Origin: Nemertoderma westbladi
Taxonomy: Eukaryota > Animalia > Xenacoelomorpha
Direction: 5' to 3'
DNA length: 64,000 bases
Assembly (NCBI GenBank): GCA_032718475.1
Contig: JAUCBJ010000648.1
Coordinates: 124,001-188,000 of the forward strand
Made by a program: the position numbers and the translations under genes. This document shows positions 12,297 through 23,900 of the stretch, in pieces. Under the pieces are notes generated by a model. That model did not search any database and was not told the DNA's origin. It saw only the letters and a list, made by a program, of their open reading frames with translations. Position 1 is the first letter of the stretch, and every line of letters begins with the position of its first letter.

Positions 12297-14555
12297 TTAC
12301 GTTATGGAGTCCCTAGATATTTGTCGGATTAGGGAAGTGGTCGTAGGAAGAGTATCTTGCCTTCCATAGTTTCCGGACAGTTTTCGGTCTCTTTCCAGTA
12401 AACATAAACGACCAGCTTGGCGATTGAGTTGTTGTGTTACTTTCTCCGCTCCCTTGGCCTGTCTAATCTCCGCCGTGGTAAGATGAGGAGGCCATTCTTC
12501 TTCTTCTTTACTTAAGAAGTCGGATCCACCTAACCAGCCTGGAGTATCTATCAGTTCTTGAGGAGTTGCTCCTCTGGAGGCAATGTCGGCTGGATTAATC
12601 GTCCCAAGGCAATGTCTCCATTGATCTATAGTGGAGTTGATATCGTCATTATCTGAGGAGTATGGTGTTCCCTCAGTTGGGTCGTCCACCTCACTGCTCT
12701 CCACTTCCCATTCCTTTACTTGGTATACCTGTTCTTGAGGTAATCTCTCTTTGAGAGTTCTACGGGAAGGGCCAGTGAAGTACCAACCTACTCTAGTTCT
12801 TACCGCATAGGTTTGTAGTGGCTGTGGTTGAGCAGGCCGTTTCTCCAATGTCTCTAGCGCCTCATGCGCGTTTTGGCCGATGAGTATTTGCACTCCAGGA
12901 TAATCTGTGTGGAATCGAGGTATCTTAAGCTGTTGGATGCTCTCGTCCTCGTCCCAGTTATAAGGTTCTAACTGGGTAGTAGCGAAGTTCTTTATAGCCA
13001 CCATTTTTACTGACCTTATATTTTGTTCTCCTAATTTATCCTGGGGGGTGGACAACGCACCTACATAGTAATCTGCCATTATGGTAGATTTCCAAACCTG
13101 CATAATTCCTGACATATTCAACTTAGTTCGGAATTTGGGTTGTCCAGCAAAGATGTCTTCGGCTAGTTCTTGATCGATGAATGTTCCTGTGCTGCCGGAG
13201 TCAAGGAGGGCGTTCACTATGTAACTTTTGTTAGGACCGTGAACTCTTACCTGCACTACCGGAAATTCTCTGATTCCTACGTTGCAAGTTGGAGGTTTCC
13301 AAGATGGTTGTCTGTCAAAGGTAATTGGGGGGAACTCATTGTCGGTGTCCTTTTCATACGTAAGTGCTCGATACACTGCGGTATTTATTAGGTAACAGGA
13401 TTCGTTGGCGTCGGAGAATTCGTCCGTATAGAATCCTTCCATCTCAGATTCTTGATCAGTGTCATTTTCATCACTGAATTGGACATGTAGTTCGGGCTCA
13501 CTTACCTGACTCGGGTTGTTTCGTTCGAATTCACTGTGTAACAAGATGTGATGTTTCGCACCGCACTTTGCACACCTTACGTCGGAGTAACAGGTTCGCC
13601 GTTGGTGTCCTTGTCTGAGGCACTTATAGCATAACCGCTTATCCCACATGACTTCACGTCTGTCTACCAGGGATTTCTTTAGGAATTCAGCACACACACT
13701 CAAACGGTGGGGCCCGTCGCACAGCGCACATTTTGGTTTGATGTTACTCACTTTACCTTGGGTAACGTTATGCACTCTCGTTCTTTCTTCGGGCTTTCTT
13801 CCGTGAATTCTCTTATGAGACGTAGGAGGAGTTGTTGTTACCTGTTCTCTTCTGTCATTGGTTCGAGCCTTATATTTACTTACGTCCTTTGAGGTTTTGT
13901 TAACATAGTAAAATCTGTCAGTGTCTTTCCCGCTGTCCTCTTCTTGAGAAGCTTGGCTTTCGCCGTTGTCAGTATAACACACTGGTGTTACCCTTCTCCT
14001 AGAAACGGGTTTCTCACTTACCTTATTTTCCGATGTTTTCTCTCTGGACTGCTTTATGAGTTGTAATTTTACTTCACCATCTAAGAAGGACATGAGATCA
14101 GCCATGGTAGGGCCTCGTCGTTGCTGCTCATTCATATACAACACTTTCTTGTCCCAGCGTGTAGATACTCCACCCTTTGGTAAAGTAGAGACTATGGCTC
14201 CAATAACCATGGAACTCTGATATTCATGAGACTTACCTAACCAATCCAATTGTCTGCAGATCTCCTGAATCTCATCGGAAAACTCTATAATCCCGCTACT
14301 AAGGAACTTTCGGGGGGCTACTAATTTTTCATACAAATACTTAGCTATGTTATCCTTGTTACCATACCTAATGTTTAATGTATCCCAAACTTGTCTTAAT
14401 CCATCTGGATGTCCAATAAACTTTAACGCCATTAACTTGGGAGGTCCTTCCAAGCACTTGATGAGGAATCTAAGTTTCTCTCCGTTAGATAGTACAGAGT
14501 TCTGTATGCTATCTTTGAGCAGTATAGATGCGTGTAGGCTCCACACCTTGCGCAT
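12297..14555 (-). pseudogene. BEL/Pao gag-protease ORF fused in frame to the RNase H C-terminus
   Basis: LSNGEKLRFLIKCLEG (BEL gag core); CALCDGPHRLSVC, CYKCLRQGHQRRTC, CAKCGAKHHILLH; ALLDSGSTGTFI; QWRHCLGTINPADIASRG...WLGGSDFL. No YxDD RT motif and no integrase motifs seen. Confidence 0.9.
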
Positions 14556-16224
14556 GTAATACTTCAGACCTAACAGGTTGACACACAGTTACAGGGGGTA
14601 TTGGTATACCCTTTTGTATATTGACTAATTTGTCGCGTTCTAGCGCGATACTTTGCTGCACTTCTTGCAATTCTAGCGCGATACTTTGCTGCACTTCTTG
14701 CAATTCTAACCTACTTTCCCTTACTGTTCCCTTGAGTTGGTGGACAGTCCCTTCTAAATCTCGGATCTGCTGTGAGGAACATTCTCGGTGCTCTCTCAGC
14801 TGCCCGAGCAAGAGACCCATCTCCCGCCGTCCCTCATCAACCCGCTCGACCGCCGAAGCGGGAGTCGCCAACGTAGTAGCGGGCCGACGTGGGATGACGG
14901 GAGACAAATCTTGGATTTCTCTCTCGGCATCAAGAACCGGGACATTCTCTGGGACTGCTCCACCGGGTGCAAACAGTTTCGTACTGTGTAAAGGGAATTT
15001 GGTTGTAGGTTCGTGGAGTACAGGGGCCTCCCTCACCGAAGGGGTGTTTTCGAGAACAGGCTTAACTATTTCAGGCTCATCTACTATCGTAGGGAGTCTT
15101 TTGACCTTAATAATTTGGTCTGTGGGTTCTGTACTACCTAAGTCTGTGCTAGCTAGTTGTCTTCTAACAGCTGGGGGCAAATCAGGCAATTTGTGATGGT
15201 GAGACGGTTTTCTACGCCTGCTTAGACGAGATCTATTTCCTCCGCCTTCAGGATCGGTGGTCTCGCCTTCCTCCGATGATGTGTATTCTTGGCGCTTGGG
15301 AGTAGATCGACTCATCATCTGCATTTGACTAGCAGTTAACTGTTTATTTATGCAGTCTTGCGTCTCTTGAAGATTTTCCAACTCCAGTTGGGTGGTCTCT
15401 TCAGACGCTCTCTGTTCTGCTTCTGCCAATGCCATTGCTGCTGCTGCTTTTGCTGCTTCCACTGCTGCTGCCGCTTTTGCCGCTTCCACTGCCGCTGCCG
15501 CTTTTGCCGCTTCCACTGCCGCTGCCGCTTTTGCCGCTGCTACTGCCTTTCTGTCCTCTATACGTTTTTTCTTTACTTGTTCTTCTTGGACTCTAGCGAG
15601 GCGGAGTTTTTCATCAAATTTAGCTTGGTTCGCAGCTAACATTTCCGCATCAATTGCGTCCAACACAAGCTTGGTTCCTTCACTATTAGGGCGAAGTCCA
15701 GACAGTCGTCTCCTCAACTCTTCGTCTCCTAGGAATCGCTGATAGTCTGACAGATAAATATCAATAGCGTCTCTCTTTCGCGGCCCCCCCGCTGTCACTT
15801 CGCTTTCTTCTTGAGAAGAAGTGGCGTCGGTTGATTCTTCAAAGGTTGGCCACTCATCATAAACCGTATCCGCCATCTTCGCTCCGCGTTCGGGCGTCCG
15901 CTCAGCAGTATCCGAACTACTGGAGCTATCGGGCCGCTGAGAACTAGGTTCTTGGCTAGGATGTTGCTGCTGTTTGACAGCTGCTTCTTGATCCCGCTTG
16001 ACTTAGGCCCGAGTGCCGATGATAGACCTACGTTGTTCCACTAGCCTAGGGTCTGACTCTACTACTGTAGGGATGGCCCTTTTTACAATAGTAGGTGACT
16101 TAGACTTGGATCTAGGATGTTCTATACTTGGATCTGGGTCACTGATCTTTTTAAGGCACTGTCTAACAGTCATTCTAACACTTTCTAAGAGACTATCCGA
16201 CAGTGATTGGGTTGTGTCTGACAT
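14509..16224 (-). pseudogene. N-terminal low-complexity/coiled-coil part of BEL gag, interrupted by one in-frame TAA (16003-16005) and a frame change near 14510-14580
   Basis: ORFs 16003-16224 and 14509-15876 share a frame and the sequence between them is open. Contains AAAAVEAAK repeats and a duplicated LELQEVQQSIA. Confidence 0.75.
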
Positions 16225-17410
16225 GTTTGTTTACTGAGTACCGGTATATAATTTTAGCACAAATATATATAAATATATAATAGGCCTATCGTGAATACCG
16301 GTATACAGCTGACACTTATAGTATATATAAGTATAATTATTACAGACTAGAATTAATTACAGAATACCGGTATGATTTCAGCCTAAATTTATAGAATAAA
16401 TTTAATAAGCTTATTGTAAATACCGGTATGTCAATTATTTTAAAATAATTGAATTTCTGAATGTTAGGGGTTACTTGGTTACTTTACTTACTTTATTACC
16501 GTTATTTGAGCAGCAGTCCAACTGATATTAAGACCTAAGTGTTGTATAACAGGCCTACTATTTTATTAATAGATTTAGTGGATTTATATATACCCGTATG
16601 AGGGGTTTTGTTACAATATTGAAATAGATGTTATTATTTCTGGGAATTAATCACTACACAAAAGCTGTGCGCTCTCAGTGAAGTGCTACTTATTGGACAC
16701 TAAAACAGATAATTCTACTTCCTAAGTTACTTATCTACGAATTACTTACGATATGGGTGAGATTAATTCTCTAACTAAACACAACAAAATATTACGTACG
16801 AAATTTTAGGGTAATTTTACAGGGAACTACAAACCAGTCTAACAGAGTATTAGATTTTCTGGTTATTACAACGGACAGGATACTACGGTATTTGAAAATA
16901 ATAAGTAGTAGTAAATACACTGTGTTGTCCAGATAGGAAAATACCACCGTCTGACGACCTATAGCCGTATCGCTATAGGTACTACGTTATGTATCACGGA
17001 GTGTCCCTACCTAGAAGTTAATTACCGCGGTCTACCAGAACCAACGTGCCTATTAACCACTTTACAACACAAATATACTGCCTACACACTAATTACCTTC
17101 GGAAAGCACTGTACACTAAACCCTAAATTAGGTACAAGTACTGGTACAACAAATAATCAGTAGTTAAAAATACTTGAACAGCTAAAAGAACCACGGCATC
17201 TGCTGGAGTGACCGGTGCACAAAATCACCAGTCTTTACCTACGCCAAGCAGCCCGTATAGTACCGGGTTAATTTAACTATAACGGTATATATAACAAGCA
17301 CAATTACTGTAGGAATAAACTTAGGGATATGAATGTTGCGAATAATCGCATAAACTCTGAATAATAAATATTACGCTACCCGTACAGAATACTCAAACAA
17401 AATACAAACC

Positions 17411-17930
17411 AAACGCTGGCAGACTACCATCAAGCCTAAATAAACTACAGTATGTGCAGATTCCAAAATGGTTAGTTAGTATGCATTCTAACACGGTAGT
17501 ACGACTTATTCTTTAGGAGGGGGTTGACCTTACAACTCAAGATGCCCCAACTTACTAACTGGCACTTTATCGGACAGACTCTACACACGCAGCAATCTCT
17601 TCAGACCTAATAACAGCTAGACAACAATCCAGCCTACAAAATATCTGAGTAATAACTATTACGGTACCTGAACAGACCACACAAACAAACACAGGCTAAA
17701 ACGCTGGCAGACTACTATCCAGCCTAAATAAACTACAGTATATGCAGATTCCGAAATGGTTAGTTAGTATGCGTTCTAACACGGTAGTACGACTTATTCT
17801 TTAGGAGGGGGTTGACCTTACAGCTCTGGCTGCCCCTACTTCCTAACTGGCACTTTATCGGACAGACTCTACATGCACTGCAATCCGTTCAGACCTAACA
17901 ACAGTCAGAACAACAGTCCAGCCTACAAAT
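17411..17930. repeat. About 230-bp direct duplication in the BEL 5' leader
   Basis: AAACGCTGGCAGACTA...CCAGCCTACAAA occurs at ~17411 and ~17699. Confidence 0.9.
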
Positions 17931-18198
17931 TATCTGTACAATCTGAGCAGGGTTACACGCCTTCTGCTCAATATTATCCTACTAGTAAATAAAACTGACA
18001 GAAATAGACCTAAGTAAAATCCCAATAAAAACCAGGCGTCCCCGATTTAATATCGAGACCTACCGGTATATAATTATCAAAATCGAATAATACTGCTGTA
18101 CCTGTACTGCTGTAAGTACCGGTCCGGATGATCAGGCAGTCAGGCCTACAGATTACCGGTCGACCGGTACTTTAGTCTTGATCGCTTACACCGCAATC

Positions 18199-18218
18199 AA
18201 GATCCTACAAACTGTTAT
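18199..18218 (-). promoter_or_regulatory. Non-canonical primer-binding site, complementary to an LTR-internal sequence (candidate self-priming site)
   Basis: Sense sequence after the LTR end is ATAACAGTTTGTAGGATCTT with no TGG. The LTR sense strand contains AAGATCATCAAACTGTTAT (8815-8833) or AAGATCACTGTTAT (18946-18959). Confidence 0.6.
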
Positions 18219-19420
18219 TGTTCGCGCTTTTAAGACCTTTGGCAGTTTAACCCGCCAAATCTATATGTCTTCTAGGTTATAAATCTACTCCAGCCTATGA
18301 CATGTATTGAACACCTATAATAATTCTAACATTAGCCAAAGCCAGTCTGTGCGCGACCATTCACCCGCTGGATATACCCGGGAGACTGGATTTGGATGCT
18401 TTAATTTGATTGCGGTGCAGGCCTACCATACTATTCGATTGATCGTTAATATATAATCTCTGACGAATATTATTCACTTTCGGGAAATATTAGCAGTTCC
18501 TTTAGGACGTGGCGCTCTATCTATTTAAACAGAGCTATGACTTACACTATACACAACAGTATGTCTTATAGATCACCAAAGTGCATTCTTTAGGAAATGC
18601 TTTGTTACTCGGTCAAGCACACACAGACTATTGCACACAACTGCACACGGAATTGCCGACATTCACTGATTTTAATCATATATAAAGAGAATAACAACCG
18701 ACATTTGTAGGGCCTATTAAGTAGCATTGAACTCACTACAAACCACGATAATGTATGTCGCAAATTGTTATATGTAACCGGTCTCTCTAACCTTAGTGTA
18801 TCAAGAAGTTTGGGTTTTCGGATCGTTATCAATATTCTTCCCAATAATAATATGTAAACGAACGATACAATTAACAACACAGTAAATAGCAGTAAATAAT
18901 GCGGCGAAAAGCAGTTTACGTCAGGGTGCTTAATCAGATGCCGAGATAACAGTGATCTTATAATTAAAGACGCTCTAATGTCAGAAAACATTCCCCGGCC
19001 GGTGTTCTAGGCGTGGGGGAAACATCAGTACTGAATCCTGTAATTCTGCTGTACAGCTTTTACACAAAGAGGGAATCTCTGATTGGTCGAATGGCAAAAA
19101 GCTCCACACGGATACAGCTGATAGATGTCGTCATTTTGAGCTGAGCAGAACAAAGAACCAAGGCAAGGCTCCGGGCAAGCTACACGTGTAAAGCTCAGCC
19201 GTTAGCTGTCGTCATAGTAACAACACTGTTTCAAGAGGATCTAGGGCGTTGCGTCATAGAATTGCTAATCATGTCCTCCAAAGTACACATACAGAAGAAA
19301 TAACTTTTATGTCCCCTAAAAACACCGGTACAGCAATGACACGGCCTTTTATGCCTGCTAAACCAACTACAGAGTACTTTACGGGGAAAATAACCGGGCA
19401 ATTCCGCAAAAGCTTTTACA
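18219..19420 (-). repeat. 5' LTR of the BEL element (1202 bp)
   Basis: Direct repeat of 8088-9294. CCAAT box on the sense strand near 19080. Confidence 0.96.
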
Positions 19421-19640
19421 CCCGTCTTCCCTCCAAGTTAAGGTTGTGTACATGTGGTTCCATTCAAACTGAAATACATATTGGGTGTGAGTGCCAGTTG
19501 GTAGAGCCATTGCATGGAGAAAGTATGGCAAAGTGAAACGTTTCATTTACATTAATAGATGGATTATTTTAGGACATACAAATAATGATATCTGCCACTT
19601 TCAGGGCAAATTACGTTACGTATCACAATACGTAAATTAT
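19421..19640 (+). mobile_element. Decayed 3' end of a LINE ORF2 (C-terminal Cys/His motif)
   Basis: Reads RLPSKLRLCTCGSIQTEIHIGCEC, resembling the RLC-x-C...E-x-H...C tail of non-LTR ORF2 proteins. Confidence 0.5.
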
Positions 19641-20019
19641 GATTGCGCTATGATACTTGCTCTTAATTTTAGACAGTGTACGAGTATAATTTATCTTGTC
19701 TGACTGTTATCTGTTTTATTAATTAACCTTTTTGCTAATTTTATAATCAATTCTCATCACACCGTTACAACTGATTATCTATTTATTGCTTAAATCATCA
19801 TAATTATTTGTCATCCGCATTATCGTTCGTGCCTAAGTGTCCTACAGTACGTTGTTTGTTCATGTTTGCTTTATATTTACTGATTGTCTGAATTTTGCTT
19901 ATGTTTAACAATTGTCTGAGAATTTGTATTTTATTTCCTTTGCGAAAGTCCGTCAGTAAGCATTAAGCTAAGTCAGTAGTGGGGTGTTCGGGATGTTAGT
20001 CATGCCATAAGGGTGTAGT

Positions 20020-20680
20020 CCAGACATTGATTCCTACACCCGAAGAATTATTTGCCCAGGTAGAAGGAAGCTTGTTCTTTTCAAAATTAGATGCCTATCC
20101 CTATTACTCCCCCATGCTTACTACTTTTGTGTTTCCCATTGGATCTTATCGCTATATTTGGTTGCCCTTTGGTGTGTCATGTGCTTCATAAATTCATCAT
20201 CAGAAGATTATAGCTGAGGTTGTAAGTAATATTGAGGGAGCAGTCGTCTTAGAATATGATATAATTGGCTTTCATTAAAAAAGGAATGGATAATGTAACT
20301 TGAATAAAGTTTCAATTAAATACCTTAATTCACCATCGAACCTGCACCTGCCACGACCAAATCTTGGCTCAAGTGCAACAGTATTGTGCTGAATCTTCTA
20401 TTAAATTGAATTTGACAAAATGTGTGTGTACTGTAAAACTGAAATTACATATCTTGGGCATGTTTTATCATCCCTAGGTATGAAAGCAGACCCGGCGAAA
20501 GTTTCAGCAACTTCATCACTAGCTATTCCTTGTGTCTGAATGTCTCTGAATGCCGTCGATTTTTAGGAATGGCTAACATATTTAAGTTTGTTCATCCATT
20601 CTGTGTTTTCTTGGACTACAGCTTGCGATTCCGCTTTTATGAAAATTAAATCGATGCTTTGTCAATCACCCTTGATAAAA
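20020..20680 (+). pseudogene. Decayed Ty3/Gypsy reverse transcriptase fragment
   Basis: Hand-translated pieces: PEELFAQVEGSLFFSKLDA, LTTFVFPIGSYRYIWLPFGVSCAS, TEITYLGHVLSSLGMKADPAKVSA, RRFLGMAN, WTTACDSAFMKIKSML. Many frameshifts. Confidence 0.88.
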
Positions 20681-20739
20681 CATTGCAATGTCTCACACAA
20701 GAGATTCCTGTAGAAAGGAAAAGCCTGTCTGCCATCTAC

Positions 20740-20930
20740 CAGGTATCCGCGTATTCAATCTAAGAAATGCTCTTTAGGCATCCGACCGGTGTACGAGACA
20801 CCGCCAGAAGCTGTAGCAGTCTACTAGTTTAGAATAGACGCGATGGCCAGTCAATGACATTCCTCGAACGCCTGCTCAAAGACACCGGATTTGAGAAAAG
20901 GGATCAAGTGGGAAAGTGTATGGCCAACTT
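20740..20930 (+). mobile_element. Decayed RTE-like LINE 3' fragment
   Basis: GQSMTFLERLLKDTGFEKRDQVGKCMA resembles GQPMTFLRRILKDTGLEDADDLANVMG in the copies at 27.3 kb and 38.0 kb. Confidence 0.6.
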
Positions 20931-20932
20931 TG

Positions 20933-23900
20933 AGATCTGTTTGCGCTCTGTTGCTGGGACCGCCGGGACTGTGTGTGGCTGACCGCGAGATCTGTGTGTG
21001 CTCTGTTGCTGGGACCGTCGGGACTGTGTGTGGCTAACCGCGAGATCTGTGTGTGCTCTGTTGCTGGGACCGTCGGGACTGTGTGTGGCTAACCGCGAGA
21101 TCTGTGTGTGCTCTGTTGCTGGGACCGTCGGGACTGTGTGTGGCTAACCGCGAGATCTGTGTGTGCTCTGTTGCTGGGACCGTCGGGACTGTGTGTGGCT
21201 AACCGCGAGATCTGTGTGTGCTCTGTTGCTGGGACCGTCGGGACTGTGTGTGGCTAACCGCGAGATCTGTGTGTGCTCTGTTGCTGGGACCGTCGGGACT
21301 GTGTGTGGCTAACCGCGAGATCTGTGTGTGCTCTGTTGCTGGGACCGTCGGGACTGTGTGTGGCTAACCGCGAGATCTGTGTGTGCTCTGTTGCTGGGAC
21401 CGTCGGGACTGTGTGTGGCTAACCGCGAGATCTGTGTGTGCTCTGTTGCTGGGACCGTCGGGACTGTGTGTGGCTAACCGCGAGATCTGTGTGTGCTCTG
21501 TTGCTGGGACCCCCGGGACTGTGTGTGGCTGACCGCGAGATCTGTGTGCGCTCTGTTGCTGGGACCGCCGGGACTGTGATGGGCTGACCGCGAGATCTGT
21601 GTGCGCACTGTTGCTGGGACCACCGGGACTGTGTGAGGCTGACCACGAGATCTGTGTGCGCTCTGTTGCTGGGACCGCCGGGACTGTGTCGGGCTGACCG
21701 CGAGATCTGTGTGCGCACTATTGCTGGGACCGCCGGGACTGTGTGTGGCTGACTGCGAGATCTGTGTGCGCTCTGTTGCGGGGACTGCCGGGACTGTGTG
21801 TGGCTGACCGCGAGATCTGTGTGCGCTCTGTTGCTGGGACCGTCGGGACTGCGTGTGGCAGACAGCGAGATCTGTGTGCGCTCTGTTGCTGGGACCGCCA
21901 GGATGGTGTGTGGCTGACCGCAAGATCTGTGTGCGCTCTGTTGCTGGGATTGCCGGGACTGTGTGTGGCTGACCGCGAGATCTGTGTGCACTCTGTTGGG
22001 GGGACCGCCGGGACTGTGTGTGGCTGACCACGAGATCTGTGTGCGCTCTGTTGCTGGGACCACCAGGACTGTGTGTGGCTGACCGCGAGATCTGTGTGCG
22101 CTCTGTTGCTGGGACCATTGGGACTGTGTGTGGCTGACCCCGGGATCTGTGTGCGCTCTGTTTCTGGGACCGCCGGGACTGTGTGTGGTTGACCGCGAGA
22201 TCTGTGTGTGCTCTGTTGCTGGGACCACCAGGACTGTGTGTGGCTGACCACGAGATCTGTGTGCGTTCTGTTGCTGGGACCGCCAGGACTGTGTGTGTCT
22301 GACCCCGGGATCTGTGTGCGCTCTGTGGCTGGGACCGCCGGGATTGTGTGTGGCTGACCGCGAGATCTGTGTGCGCTCTGTTGCTGGGACCGCCGGGACT
22401 GTGTGTGGCTGACCGCGAGATCTGTGTGCGCTCTGTGGCTGGGACTGCCGGGTCTGTGTGTGGCTGACCACGAGATCTGTGTGCGCTCTGTTGCTGGGAC
22501 CGCCGGGACTGTGTGTGTCTGACCGCGAGATCTGTGTGCGTTCTGTTGCTGGGTCCGCCGGGACTGTGTGTGGCTGACCACGAGATCTGTGTGCGCTCTG
22601 TTGCTGGGACCGTTGGGACTGTGTGTGGCTGACCCCGAGATCTGTGTGCGCTCTGTTTCTGGGACCGCCGGGACTGTGTGTGGTTGACCGCGAGATCTGT
22701 GTGCGCTTTGTTGCTGGGAACGCTGGGACTGTGTGTGGTTGACCGCGAGATCTGTGTGCGCTCTGTTGCTGGGACCGCCGGGACTGTGTGTGGCTGACTG
22801 CGAGATCTGTGTGCGCTCTGTTGCTGGGACCGCCGGGACTGTGTGTGGCTGACCGCGAGATCTGTGTGCGCTCTGTTGCTGGGACCCCCAGGACTGTGTG
22901 TGGCATACAGCGAGATCTGTGTGCGCTCTGTTGCTGGGACCGCCGGGACTATGACGGGCTGACCGCGAGATCTGTGTGCGTTCTGTTGCTGGGACCGCCG
23001 GGACTGTGTGTGGCTGACCGCGAGATCTGTGTGCGCTCTGTTGCTGGGACCGCCGTGACTGTGTGTGGCTGACCGCGAGATCTGTGTGCACTCTCGGTCT
23101 GTTGCTGGGACCGTCGGGACTGTGTGTGGCTGACCGCAAGATCTGTGTGTGCTCTGTTGCTGGGACCGCCGGGACTGTGTGTGGCTGACCGCGAGATCTG
23201 TGTGCACTCTCGGTCTGTTGCTGGGACCGTCGGGACTGTGTGTGGCTAACCGCGAGATCTGTGTGTGCTCTGTTGCTGGGTCCGTCGGGACTGTGTGTGG
23301 CTAACCGCGAGATCTGTGTGTGCTCTGTTGCTGGGACCGTCGGGACTGTGTGTGGCTAACCGCGAGATCTGTGTGTGCTCTGTTGCTGGGACCGTCGGGA
23401 CTGTGTGTGGCTAACCGCGAGATCTGTGTGTGCTCTGTTGCTGGGACCGTCGGGACTGTGTGTGGCTAACCGCGAGATCTGTGTGTGCTCTGTTGCTGGG
23501 ACCGTCGGGACTGTGTGTGGCTAACCGCGAGATCTGTGTGTGCTCTGTTGCTGGGACCGTCGGGACTGTGTGTGGCTAACCGCGAGATCTGTGTGTGCTC
23601 TGTTGCTGGGACCCCCGGGACTGTGTGTGGCTGACCGCGAGATCTGTGTGCGCTCTGTTGCTGGGACCGCCGGGACTGTGTCGGGCTGACCGCGAGATCT
23701 GTGTGCGCACTGTTGCTGGGACCGCCGGGACTGTGTGAGGCTGACCACGAGATCTGTGTGCGCTCTGTTGCTGGGACCGCCGGGACTGTGTCGGGCTGAC
23801 CGCGAGATCTATGTGCGCACTATTGCTGGGACCGCCGGGACTGTGTGTGGCTGACTGCGAGATCTGTGTGCGCTCTGTTGCGGGGACCGCCGGGACTGTG

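Larger units (their letters stand above)
8088..19420 (-). mobile_element. BEL/Pao LTR retrotransposon, non-autonomous (RT, most of RNase H and integrase missing)
   Basis: Paired TG...CA LTRs. BEL-type gag with three Cys/His knuckles, LLDSGS protease and an NPADIASRG RNase H tail. Purine-rich GGGAGCGG lies next to the 3' LTR. Confidence 0.95.

Noticed and set aside
14509-14590. Programmed ribosomal frameshift between the two BEL ORFs
   Set aside because: BEL/Pao normally has a single gag-pol ORF, no slippery heptamer is evident in the overlap, and the upstream ORF also carries a premature stop, so mutation is the simpler explanation.
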